Origin: Cyanidioschyzon merolae
Lineage: Eukaryota
Length of the DNA stretch: 64,000 nucleotides
Assembly: GCA_000091205.1 (NCBI GenBank)
Contig: AP006496.2
Reading direction: 5' to 3' (one strand)
In this document: positions 1 through 11,260 of the stretch, one piece after another
How the letters are laid out: each line of letters starts with the position of its first letter
Numbering within the stretch: the stretch's first letter is position 1
The notes under the pieces: model-generated
Told to the model about the DNA's origin: nothing
The model's database searches: none
The model's input: the letters and a program-made list of their open reading frames with translations, nothing else
Position numbers and translations under genes: made by a program

Positions 1-1379
1 CCCCCCCCATTACAGCGATGATCCCAGCTCGAAAGCGTCTGTGATTTTGACGTCTTTCAATCCAGACTCGTTAGGGATTTTCCTTCGGTGGTACGGTCTG
101 AGCTCCTATGCATATGTCATTCTTTCCATCTAGCAAACTAGAGCCAATAGGGAATTATATCTGGCGCTATGATTTTTTTGGTCTTGCGGACTTGCCCACT
201 GGTAAGACCGGCGAAATTGCTGTATCGATACTGGTTTCGGGAAATCGTCCATCCCGCTGACCAGTTTCTTTCCCTTCCTCGCATTTGCTTTATCTCGGCT
301 GTGCTGATCGGTTCGGATATTGAACCCTGCGTCGCGTACCTGCCATGTGCATTCGCAGTGGCGTATCCGTCGCTGCTGCGGATGCAGTTTGGAAAGAGAG
401 CAGCGCTGGCGTACCACGGATTGCGTTGGAAATGGTGTGCTTCATGCAACATAGGTTCAAGGACGTTTATTTTCTAGGGAGCCTTCAAGTTGTTCTTGCA
501 GACCTTTTGCCTGCGGTAGCGGTAAGCGCTATACCATTTGTATACCGCAATCTAGGTGACTCTTTAGCGCAATATACCCACTCCTGGTTCAGAATCTCTA
601 CTTTTGCAGAGGAGGTGCTAAGGTGCGTCACATCACTCGCTACTGTATGGTCTCTCGGATTAGAGGTTGCGAGAGTCTCGCTGCTTGCCGACCCTCCGCC
701 AAAATTTCAGTGCTTGACCATACGCAAAGACTTCTTCCTTATACCGTCTACAGTAGGTGGCGTTAGTACTTGCTATTCCGTTCGTGTATATTATTTTTTT
801 TGTACTTTCCATATCGTGCGCCCTGCTAACGCATTGCGAACTCTGTCCGCCACTTCACTCCACGTTCCTGTTGCCGATCATGGGAAACGCGGTATTGACC
901 TGTTCTGGAGCGACTGCTCTTTCGGGGCCGCCTGCATTTGCGATCGAATTGTATCAAAGTATTGCTTTGGATTCAATGGCGTTTCTAACTTTCAGTATGT
1001 GTATTCTACTGATTTTCGCGTTCAAGGCAGAGGCGTCCGATGAGTTGTTCACTTAAAAAATGTCAGACATTTGTAATTGGAGGTAGTGGGTTTTGGGTGG
1101 CCGGTGTTGCCGGATGTCAGAAGGAAACGCGACATAGTGTCTAGCGAAGACGGTCAGGAAAGTAGAAGAAGCAACATGGTGAGGCCTTACATCGAAGGCT
1201 GCCATAGTGACGTCTGTGCGACGAGATGGTGGTGGAATCCTATATTCTTCAACATATCTATGACCCGTACGACTGATTGTTTCAAGACGCTATTAGAAAC
1301 CGCGTCGATTCGCACTCCAGGAATGCTTGTAAATCTTTTTTAGGAGGGACGCATTTGCAGATCGAGCAGCATCGCGACG

Positions 1380-3300
1380 TAACGCACATCGCAAAAGTGG
1401 TATTTCCGGAATAGTTTTTCAAAGAGAATTCTATCAACCACCTGATTTCTCCGAATAGGGAAGCATCAATGAGAAGAGAGCGGGCGGATGCCTACCTCAA
1501 AATTTACGAGAAATTCCGCGACAACGGTGCTGGACACAGGGGTGACGCAGATATTTACGAATACAGGGCAATGGGTTGCCTCACGAACGCGAGGAACCAA
1601 AAATTCTTAACCGTCATCTTTTCCATGAATGGCGCCCCCTTTGCCCTCTACGCGGGCCCGTTTCGCGAAGGGATGCGGCGAATCATCGATATTATCAGGA
1701 ACGATCGCCAGCATGAACAGGAGACCATATCCGTCGACAAGGTCATATCATGCTGGTTAACGAATGACGCTTCTCTTATCCGCGCCACTAGTTTAAAGCA
1801 TCGTCCGGTCTTGGGGCTTGTCAACCCATGAGAATTATTTTCAGATATGAGTAAAGACGAAGAGATTTGTTACACCCTCCTCATGTCCTACTCCATGCTT
1901 TTGGACCGAGAACTCGAACGCAAGGCCGAAATGGAGCTGAGTATGGATATAATGAATTGCTGGAGAAATGGCACTGAAGAGCTTCTCCTGTTGCGGTTTA
2001 TTTTTCGTCCGGTTATGCGAGTTCAAGTCACATTTTGTGAATATCGACTCTAGATTTCTTTACGCCGTCAAGAAAGAGATTTATCCAGTGCCCGATAGAA
2101 GCAACAAAGAGGTCACTGGCGAAGCCCGGGACACCTACTGGAAGAATAACTTCGATTGCAAGCGTCCGATACCGGCCAAAAGAAGGTATTCACGGGGGCC
2201 ATCGATGACGACGGGGTATACATATTGGTTCACTTTCAGCGGTTGCAGGCACTTCGTCCTATCCCGTCTCCGTTACCGCCCTTGCCAAAGCACGAAAACA
2301 AGACGAAAGGCCACCGGACGTATCGTCTACACGAGAACGACTTCGTCGTCGGCCTTTACTCCTGGAATACTGACGTGATTACCATCGCTGTACCCAAGCG
2401 TTCGGAAGATTTTACTGAATGTAGCTTACGTCAGAAAGACATGCGTCTTTTTCAGGTTCTCGAGATCGAGGTACTACCGAGAAGCGGGAATCATGAATCC
2501 GGGGAAGATAATTGAGACTTTAAATGCAGGAGTGAAAGAGTATCTGGAGGTTATGGGCGAGTTGACGAGCCGACGAGCGGACTCTCAGGCTTTTCGAGAA
2601 TTCATGGAGGTTCGTTTTGTCCACTGGGATTCGCTGTAGAAGAAGTGTAAAAGGCCCCGGTGGGCTAGTCTACCTATGAGTCCTTACTGTGGTAGGAAGC
2701 GTTCATTCGCGAACTTTTTCAATGCATTGAACGCCTCCAGGAGAATGAGAGTCAGTGGCTCATAGTAGCCTATGGGGCATGGAGCTGGGCTCCAAAAAGC
2801 GGACTACGCCAGCTTCGTCGACGAGGACATACAATGTGTGTGCACGGCGTTTTCTTACAATCCCTGTAGATGGGTTCCGAACATTGTGTACACACCATGC
2901 GCTGGGCTGTATACTTCAGAGAGTGGAGATGGAAAAGTGTCATCGCAGCCCTGGGGAATTAGCAAAGTACGGACCGCTGACGGAACTGCTAATGGAAAGA
3001 AGGGCGAAAGTTCCTGGACTACTTGCAATAGCAAGTATAACGAATGAGGGCAAGAAACGGATGGGGTTTGTAAATCGTGCCTTTGATGCCGCACTCAATT
3101 TCAGAAGAAGTGCGGTGCTGGAGAAAATACCTCCAGAGTCGACATGAGAGAACTTTGTTGGACAACCTCTCAAACTCGAACTATATGAGACAAGATTGGA
3201 AGCAGTGTAGGTGGCCGGTCCAAAAAGACGGGGGGCGTCTGCATAGCAATGGGAGACTTTATGCTAGGGCGGGCTTCTCGCCAATACTGTACACCGCTGG
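1380..3300 (+). mobile_element. Degenerate, 5'-truncated copy of the Fanzor/TnpB-like transposon (copy 0); single acidic repeat unit, RuvC-I motif decayed (GLYSWNTD)
   Basis: ORF 1469..1831 (YEYRAMGCLTNARNQ...ASLIRATSLKHRPVLGLVNP) aligns with the N-terminal protein of other copies (YKYRAMKYLTNLKNY...[20 protein letters not shown]). ORF 2156..2515 has KKVFTGAIDDDGV...LHENDFVVG...ITIAVPKR. ORF 2755..3147 has the RuvC C-terminal block (RFLTIPVDGFRT...KKRMGFVNRAFDAALNFRR). The 3' tail (gtcgacatgagagaactttgttgg...cgccaatactgtacaccgctggcg) matches the tails of other copies. Confidence 0.6.
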
Positions 3301-3830
3301 CGTCGTTCGAGTGTAAAAGGCGGTGGTGGCCTGGACGCTCGGACTCGTCGTCGGTGAGCACCAGACGTTTCCGAACAGTAGCCGAACAGTAGCCGAGCGG
3401 TTCCAAAGCACTGCACCAGTTGCCACAGGAGCGACGCCCAGGCACACGACCGGGTCTCGGGAAACGCTGCAGTTGCTGGTGTACGAGCCGGTGCGTACCC
3501 GCCGAGAACGAGCAGGTCATCTTGCGCTGTGATCCCGGCACTCGAAGTGCATTCAGGTCCAGGCAGCTATTACCTCCTGTGCCTGCACGCGCAGTATCGC
3601 CGTCGGAGCGTACGCACTGTCAAGCACGTCAAACGTTCAAAGAGCTAGCTAGTCGGCGAGTAGTTTACCTTCTTCAATCAAGCGCGGAGCAGCAGCGGCA
3701 GCGTCGAGCGCCTGCCTTTGACAGCGGCCTGTCCGCAGTCGACTGTACACGCCTAACCGCTGCCCCTGGTGACCCCCGAGGCGGGACACTTTGGTGATTC
3801 CCGGGCCGGCCGTACTCCCACGGACCTAAA

Positions 3831-5528
3831 ATGGCGCCTGCTGTCAAGCGAAGAGCCGCGGACGCCACCGCCGCTTCGCTACCCGCCTCGTCGCCGTCAG
3901 CTGAGCGTGTGCAGGCGGCAGACTTGGACGTCATGCATCAGGGCCGCACCAAAGAGGACACACCACAGCATGAGCACCCGGGCGCTGACCCGCAGAAACA
4001 ACAGGCATCACCACTCGAACGACTAGTGCTGCGCTCGACTGCGCACGTACGCGCGAACCCGGACGCCTGGCTCACGGGTGCGCTCGTGCTGCTTGGACTG
4101 TGGACGCGCCTCTACCGGATCCGCTGGCCACCCGAATGCGTCTTCGATGAGGTTCACTTTGCGTCGTTCGCACACCACTACCTCAACCGCACCTACTTCT
4201 TTGATATCCACCCGCCTCTGGCGAAGCTCACGCTGGCCGCAGTCGCGAAACTCGCTGGTGACGTCCCGAATCGCGACTGGTACGTCGACAAGGTCTACCC
4301 ACCAGACAGCCGGTACTATGCGATGCGCGCGTGCGCTGGCGTCTTCGGGGCGCTCCTGCCTCCGCTAGGCTTCCGCATCGCCCGCGGGATGGGTATGTCG
4401 CGGATCGCAGCCACTAGTGTGGGCGTGTTTCTGCTCTTCGACATGCTGAACCTGATCGAGGCGCGCCATATCCTCACGGACTCGCAGCTCATCTTCTACG
4501 CTGCGCTATGCATCGATGCGTTCGTGCGGCTGTGGCGCACGCCTCCAGCGAGCCGCGCTCGACGCTGGGCTGCTGTGCGCGCCGGCCTCGCGAGCGGTGC
4601 AGCGCTCTCAGTGAAGTGGACCACGCTCGTGGTGCCCGGCCTCTTCGGCCTCGAGTCGGTTGCCGGCGCTGCGCTCGCCGCCGAGCCGCTCGAGTGGAGC
4701 ACCTGCGCGATCGTCGCCGCAACAGCCCTGCTCTTGTACGTGGCGCTCTGGTACCCGCACTTTCGGATTCTGATCTATAATGGACCAGGCGGTGACTTTA
4801 TGAGCGCCGAGTTCCAGCGGACCCTCATTGGTCGCGACGGCTACGACCCGCAGGCCCGAAAGCCGCCTTTCCTCAAGCTCGTCTGGCAGCTCAACAAGGA
4901 GATGCTGCTGGCGAACGCGCGCATCCTCGATGAGCACCAGTGGCAAGCGCGCTGGCACACATGGCCATACGTAGGCCGTGGCCTCCTTTACTGGAATCGC
5001 TGGCAGGAGGGTACGTTGGATGCTGACGGGCGACCGCTGCGCCCGCATCACGCCATGCAGATCTATCTGATCGGGAATCCGCTGCTGTTCTGGATGTGCT
5101 TGGCAGCGGTGCTTGGTACAGTGGCGGCAATGCCGTTCTTGCTGCGCCTGATTCGCCAGCGGAAAAAGCGTGGAACGAGCACGGACGCATGGGAGCGCTA
5201 CCTGCGGCTGGCAACATTCCTTCTGCTTGGCTATGCGCTCGGCATTCTCCCGTACATGCCGATCCAGCGAAGTACGTTTATCTACCACTACCTGCCGTCG
5301 CTGTTGTTCGCGGAGCTGCTTTTTGCGCACGCGGTCCTCGATCTGCCGGCGCTACCGTCGGTGCTGCAGCTGCCGCTCGCCGGTATCGTCTGGATCGTTG
5401 TCTTCTGGTGCTTCTGGTACTTCCGCGCCTGGGTCTATGGACACATCGCGCTCACCGCCGACGACCATGAGGCCATGCGCTGGATCAAGTACACGTCCAG
5501 CGTAGGCGACAACAAGGGATGGCACTGA
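3831..5528 (+). CDS. Dolichyl-phosphate-mannose--protein O-mannosyltransferase (PMT, GT39 family), lacking the MIR loop
   Basis: 565-aa ORF with the PMT signature ECVFDEVHFASFAHHYLNRTYFFDIHPPLAKL (the DE motif of loop 1) and multiple TM segments. The loop-5-flanking motifs DFMSAEFQRTL and WHTWPYVGRGLLYW are directly adjacent with about 60 aa between them, so the roughly 190-aa MIR domain is missing. Codon usage is GC3-rich. Confidence 0.85.
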   Translation: MAPAVKRRAADATAASLPASSPSAERVQAADLDVMHQGRTKEDTPQHEHPGADPQKQQASPLERLVLRSTAHVRANPDAWLTGALVLLGLWTRLYRIRWPPECVFDEVHFASFAHHYLNRTYFFDIHPPLAKLTLAAVAKLAGDVPNRDWYVDKVYPPDSRYYAMRACAGVFGALLPPLGFRIARGMGMSRIAATSVGVFLLFDMLNLIEARHILTDSQLIFYAALCIDAFVRLWRTPPASRARRWAAVRAGLASGAALSVKWTTLVVPGLFGLESVAGAALAAEPLEWSTCAIVAATALLLYVALWYPHFRILIYNGPGGDFMSAEFQRTLIGRDGYDPQARKPPFLKLVWQLNKEMLLANARILDEHQWQARWHTWPYVGRGLLYWNRWQEGTLDADGRPLRPHHAMQIYLIGNPLLFWMCLAAVLGTVAAMPFLLRLIRQRKKRGTSTDAWERYLRLATFLLLGYALGILPYMPIQRSTFIYHYLPSLLFAELLFAHAVLDLPALPSVLQLPLAGIVWIVVFWCFWYFRAWVYGHIALTADDHEAMRWIKYTSSVGDNKGWH

Positions 5529-7556
5529 AAACGACGTTATGGGAATATGCAGGCGACACAGCTCAGCAGCGTGCCCTCGAAGGAGCGCCTCGAGTGCGCA
5601 GCGGCGTTGCCAGCGGGAAATTAACCGAGGCGCACGCATCGCGCGCGCCCATGCGTGTCACGGGCACGCACCTCGATGCGTGCATCGACACCCTTGACGC
5701 CTCCATGTGATCGAATCCGCTGGGGATGCGCATGTGTGCATGCTCCAAGTGCATTTGTGACGTGCGTGCCTCGAACGATCCTTGTTTGTGACGCCTGGTT
5801 GTGCATGTAACCGCTGGGAACGCATACGTGTTGTTCTTCCAAAGACATCCACTAGACGCAGGCCTGGAAAACGCATTTCCTAGGACTTGTAGGCAGCAAA
5901 GTGGCGTACTGTCGAGCACGTCGGCACTGGGAGCGTGCTCAGCGCACGCAATAGAGCGCACAGTCTCGACTGAGGTGAAGAGGCTTGCGTCATAGATTAG
6001 TTTGTGAACTCGAATCTCTTGGCGACTGGATGCGTGGACTTTACTGACTGGCAGCTGTCGCCCGTATGGGGGGCCACAGCGGGGTGCAAGCGTGACGCTA
6101 GAGTCGCTCGCTGAGAATGGACGCTACTGTATGCTCATCAGCAGGGCTCAGTGCGCCACGACTGGTGTGCAACGCCACCGAACGCGTTTTTCGTCATAAA
6201 GGGGCGGTGTCCGTGCATTGGTGTCTCGGATATAGCACCATCCGCAAGATGCATCGCGCGCGCTCCTCCGCATTCGGATGAGCAATCGCTTCTAGCCATG
6301 CTGTAGCAGCTGATGCGCTCGGTGAATGCACGGGAGTGCCGTCCATGCCAGCGCCATCTAGGTGTCCGCGCACGTCGGGGCCGATTCGCACTGCGATACC
6401 AGGTGGCTCCGTGGCTTCGCGTCCATCGGCCCGCCATCCAAACCACTGCACCTATAGACGACTCGGCATCGCTCCGCTTCTAGCACACCGCCACCTGCTC
6501 GTGCACCCACGTTCTTGGCTGATTCGATATGACCGCGCCACCTCCGGCTATGCTGTCCAGTACGCGCAATCTGATTCCGTTACAGCGCCGTGCGCTCAAG
6601 GGTAACGCACATAGACTCCGCCCGGACCCGGCATTGACATCGACGATGCCCTCACTCCGGAGCTGGATGGCGTCTGCGGCCAGGGCCGACACGCCATGGG
6701 TGCCGGCACCTGGAGGCGGCAGCCGTGTTCCCCGTTGAGCGTCACCTGCAATGCGTGCGGCCGTGCGGCATACGTATTCGAATGATGCAACAATCCCGCA
6801 GTCGGCAATTCCCGTCTAGTGGAAAGCATTCTAAATCCTATCAATTCCAGAGATGCGCAGGCGCCGAGTGCGCCCAGAATCCATACGCAAACGCATACAA
6901 AGCGTGATGCACGGCAATAGACGCCAAACGAATGTTCTAAGCCCTCTGCCGTTCAAACGTATGCTGCGCGGATCGCACAGACCGCAGCGGGCAGCGCCAG
7001 CAGTGCAGCCGCAGTGCAGCGACATCACTGCCGAGAGATAATGAACGCGATCAAGAGTCCTACGAGAACACCGCCAACCGTCGCTACACCCGTCAGCAAC
7101 ATAGTGACGTCAACCTGGTGCAGTGGGCCCACGTCCAGGAGGACCGGCTCACGTGCGCCTATCACGAGGAAGCCCGCTTGAGCCAAGGACATACCTGCCA
7201 GTGCGCTGCGGTCAAGCGACGCCCGCAGCTGCACAATCGCAGCCTGCGGGCGCCCAACACGGGACCCTTGCAGAGCACTCGAGCTCCGGTGTCTCTGCAG
7301 GACTTGCCCGAGCACCCACGCTCGTTTGCGATCTTGCAGGCTCGCCGGGTGCAGCGGTGTCCAGCGCCGAGGCAGCACCTGCGACAGCGGCGTTCGTTCG
7401 GCACCCGAAGCGAGCCTCTCGCCAACTACAGAGAAAGCATGCAGTTGCACAAAGGCCACGTCCACGGGCAGTACCCCGAGGCAACAGGACGCACTCGCTT
7501 CCCGACCCTTGCCGGCCGAGCAGCTCGTTGGCGCTGCCATAACAGAGGCCTCAGCA

Positions 7557-7603
7557 CGGTATCGGTATCGGCACTGGCACTGGCACCGGCACCGGCACCG
7601 CTG
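7557..7603. repeat. Compound microsatellite (CGGTAT)2(GGCACT)2(GGCACC)3
   Basis: Direct reading: cggtatcggtatcggcactggcactggcaccggcaccggcaccg. Followed at about 7690-7728 by a CATGCA-rich tract (gcatgcacgcatgcacgcacgcatgcatgcat). Confidence 0.8.
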
Positions 7604-8878
7604 CACACGCTTCACGGCAGTGTCCTATTCTGGGCCTGTTGTCGATCTGCGGGCGTAGCGCAGCACGCGTTGGCGACGCGCTGCACGGAGCGCATGCACG
7701 CATGCACGCACGCATGCATGCATACTGCGATCCATGCACTTGGGTGATGTTTCCAAGTTCAGCGCCCGTACCCGTAGTCTACGGGGTGTATCCATAGATA
7801 GATGCATGCGCAGGCATAGGCGCGTGCGTGTTCGTATGCGGATGGGCAACGGCTGTGTAAAGCACAGATCAGTGTCTAGCGCTGATTCGCATCTGTTTGC
7901 ATGTGCGGAACGCAATCGTTGGTGCCGCAGTCAACATCAACGCCGTCGCCGTGGATGCTTCGGTTACAGGTGCGTCGATCGCAGCGAGCCTTTATAAGGG
8001 CTGCCTTGCATCTCCGCGAAACGCAATTCACATGCCGCAGTAGTGTCATGGGAGCACGCATCGCGCGTGTGTGTGGATACAGTGACGTGTGGCGCTGCTA
8101 GAGGCTGCCTAGCCAACTGCCGCCAAATCCAATGGAATGCTGCATCATTGGGCAATGTCGCGTACACCATTCTGTCATTCCAGCAACAAGGTGCCTCATA
8201 GAATCTGCGGAACGTTCTGCTTCTGAATCCTGCTGCGCACACAGATGCACCGGTAGATACCCTGCACACTGCACACGCATCGTGCATGCACTTCTACCAG
8301 CGGATACGAGCAGCGTCGGCATTCACCGCCGAACCGGAGCATATTCTATGTGAATAAAGCGCCCACACCCTGATCACGAATCAGAGGCTGCAGCGCCACC
8401 CAGGTCGGCCGGGTCCAGCGTGACGCATTCGCTAGCCGATACGCGACTCGTGCTGCTCAGTTGCAGCTGCTCGTTGTGCAGCCCGCCTGCGCAAGTGCAA
8501 GTGCTGCACACTGTTGCGCTCACCGCCAGCACAGAGCGTCGCATCCGAGGGCGTCCGCGCAAGGCACACGACCCGTAGCGGCCGCCTGTCCCGACAAGGA
8601 CAGTCGCAAACCGCACGCTCGCCGATACTGATCTGTGAGCAATCACACAAGTGCAGGCTGTACAGTCTCGCAACGATCAGTCGATTGATGCGTGCCTCCA
8701 CGAGTCAGCGCAGAAGATTCTATCCACTTTCAGCAGTTTTATAGAGGATAGCACGATGCTCCAGGTGCGAGTCTATGGGATATCCGCATTATTATAGGCA
8801 ATGGCACGTATCTATACAGTTTACTCTGCATAAAACTTGAGTTTCTATTCCAGGTAACCCGAGCTCGCCCACTCGAGT

Positions 8879-9868
8879 TTATCTACCACCACCATGCCGT
8901 GATTCTGGCGCTGGGCCCTCAGAACGACTGCGCGCAGACTCCTCAGCGCGAAGGCGCAGCGCCTCTAGCAGCGCCTCCAGATCGTGCCGCCAGTCGCCCG
9001 CTGGTGGTGGCTCGATGCCAAACGCTGCGAACAGGGGACCAGCATCGCCGCGGCTGCGTCTCAGCGCAGTCGAAAGCGCCTCCAGCTGCTGCCGAAACGC
9101 GGCAGATTGCAGCACGCTCTCCAGGTCGATGCTGGATGGCAGGTACTCGCGGCACAGGGCAGCGGATGCAGGTCCGAGGCCCGGCTCGCGGAGAAGCCGC
9201 TCCAGCGCGGGGCCCCAGCGCAGAAGCGCCCCGAGGTCAGGCGTATCATCGGCGCGCGCCTGCGGCTGTCGACTTGCGTCATCCGCAGCATGCACAGCAT
9301 CGGAAGCAGCGCTGGCCCCCAGACGCTGCAGCGCGTCTACGAGCGACTGCCCAAGCGCGGCGGACGACGGACGCGTCGCGCCGTCAGGTACCTGCGAGCT
9401 GAGGCCTGGCCCAGGTCGGGACTCTGCGTCGCTGAGCCGCACCTCATCTGCGTGATCCAAGCCAGCAGGGTCGTCCAGGGGACGACACTCGAGCGCGTTG
9501 CGCAGCCGCTGTGCCAGCCGCACGTCCGCGTCGCAGCGAGGCTCTTGCAGCCAAAAGAACAGCTGTAGATCCGACGACGCAAAGCCCAAGACGAACATTC
9601 TACCAGTCCGGCAGGCGTGCACGCGCCGCCAGTTCGCGTCGCCGGGGAACACGATCAGGTCCTCCTCGATTGCACGGGTTGCGCGGTCGAGCCACTGGAA
9701 GTGCACGAGGCCGTCCGCGGCTCGCACGACACGGACGCAGCCCTTGCGGCCGTCCGAGTGCACCAAACCACTGTCCAGGTACGCGCGACCTGCGCGGAAC
9801 TCCACCAGTACCTGCTCTGGAAGTTCGTCCATCTGGCGTTCCAAGCTTGAAACACGGCCGTCCCGCAC
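8879..9868 (-). CDS. RPN13: Proteasome ubiquitin receptor Rpn13/ADRM1 (Pru domain plus C-terminal DEUBAD-like helical region)
   Basis: LVEFRAGRAYLDSG...LVHFQWLDRATRAIEEDLIVFPGDANWRRVHACRTGRMFVLGFASSDLQLFFWLQEP matches the Pru domain of ADRM1 (LVEFRAGKM...HFCWKDR...EDDLIIFPDDCEFKRV...[23 protein letters not shown]). The true start may be the Met of MDELPEQVLVEF at about 9832. Confidence 0.85.
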   Translation of the reverse strand: MRDGRVSSLERQMDELPEQVLVEFRAGRAYLDSGLVHSDGRKGCVRVVRAADGLVHFQWLDRATRAIEEDLIVFPGDANWRRVHACRTGRMFVLGFASSDLQLFFWLQEPRCDADVRLAQRLRNALECRPLDDPAGLDHADEVRLSDAESRPGPGLSSQVPDGATRPSSAALGQSLVDALQRLGASAASDAVHAADDASRQPQARADDTPDLGALLRWGPALERLLREPGLGPASAALCREYLPSSIDLESVLQSAAFRQQLEALSTALRRSRGDAGPLFAAFGIEPPPAGDWRHDLEALLEALRLRAEESARSRSEGPAPESRHGGGR

Positions 9869-10927
9869 ACCAAAGTCACACTCACTCCGAGCAGCAAGGC
9901 TCGACAGTCAGCCACGCGAAAGCCGGTGTAGCGCTCACGGCTTGTCCGGTCATGGACGCCGCACTAAAACGGCGGCAGTGGCACCAAGACCGAAACTGAT
10001 AATAAAAGCTACTCCACCGACAATGAAGTACACGCTAGACGGTGCAGCAGCTTGCACCGATACGAAACGTTCAGAAGTACTAGTAGAGGCGACACACGCC
10101 GCGCACGAACGAGGTCAGGCGCTCTGAATGCCGCTCCGGGCATCGAGCTGGGAGGCGCTGGCGCCGCCACTGGTGACTGCAACCCACGAAGGGCGCAGTT
10201 CACTCATGGGGCGCGTCTCGGGCCCCCCTGTGTGCCGTTGCACTGATGCCCGCACGTTGCAGCGCAAGACTTGGCGAAGCTGTATGACGAGCCGTGCATG
10301 ACACCTGACGGCGAGCATAGCGCAGCGGTCAAGCGGCTGCAGATTCCCGATACCAGAGCGCTCCGTCCAGGTCCCTGGTGTGTATCACAGCGACATGCTG
10401 CCCCCGAGGCTCTCGTAGACGCAGCGTGTGCGTGTCCGGTGCCTCTCGCATCCATGCGCATCACAGAGAAGCGCGAGTGATTGCCAGCGCACGCACATAG
10501 TACACGTGTCCAGTGCGTTGCTTCCGTATGCACACATCCCGAAAGCACCCCGAAAGGAAATCCAATTGTACCACGTGAACCGGTCTCGTTCACCGATACG
10601 CTCTGTTCGATACGCGAATGTATGAGCAGTACAGCGAACAACCACGAAATCAATGTGCTGTTACCAGCGATGTGGCATGAAAGCATCAGCGAGCACATTG
10701 ACCCCTGTGGAATCGCTTTGTCGGAATATTGCCCTGCACGGCTTGGCAGGATCGTCCACCACAGGAATCGCACCGTGCATGACGCTGGCGTTCCGTCGCC
10801 ATCGAACGCACCTGGTGTACTGCGAAACCACCTGCCTGGCATGTCTCTGTCGTATCAAGCAGCGCATCCATCAATGAGTGCGCAGCTATTCATCTGAAAC
10901 TCGCTGCCAGCAGGCCGGCATGCACGC

Positions 10928-11005
10928 CCCGTGCCGATCCCGTGCCGATCCCGTGCCGATCCCGTGCCGATCCCGTGCCGATCCCGTGCCAGTCCAGTGC
11001 CGATT
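10928..11005. repeat. 12-bp tandem repeat (CCCGTGCCGATC) x5 plus degenerate units, followed by an (AGC)n tract at about 11050-11090
   Basis: Direct reading: cccgtgccgatc repeated five times, then ccgtgccagtccagtgccgatt. About 250 bp upstream of the FTR1 start. Confidence 0.85.
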
Positions 11006-11260
11006 GGCGGCTGGCGTGCAGCATGCGCGTGCGCCATCAATATCGGAGGAAGCAGCACGAGCAGCAGCAGCAGTAGCGGTAGTCGTAGCGTCGTGGAACC
11101 CGCCAACTTGTTCTCCCGCTCATTCTTGCCCGTTGCAGAGGCACGTAGGCGTAGAGACTCACGTTAGGTCGTTTTCTGCAAAAGAACACACTCGGTGTTC
11201 TTAAAGTACTCTCACGGGCTTTTGCATACCATCCCCGACCGTGCTAGTCCTTGCTTTATC

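Noticed and set aside
345-1043. 232-aa ORF at the start of the window as a gene.
   Set aside because: No motif, mixed composition, it overlaps other ORFs in all frames, and it lies next to a degenerate TE copy. There is insufficient support.
4608-5330. Long antisense ORFs overlapping real genes, for example 4608..5330(-) inside PMT, 11276..12328(-) inside FTR1, 15428..16114(-) and 16163..16792(-) inside the dehydratase, and 53782..55140(+) inside the helicase.
   Set aside because: These are expected artefacts of high-GC coding DNA, where stops are rare on the opposite strand. They have no recognisable motifs, an Arg/Ala/Pro-rich composition, and they overlap well-supported genes.
7025-7615. 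196-aa ORF with a C-terminal hydrophobic segment as a tail-anchored protein gene.
   Set aside because: Its N-terminal part is just the translation of the CGGTAT/GGCACC microsatellite (CRCRCQCQCRYRYR). Only the last about 50 codons look protein-like, which is too weak to call.
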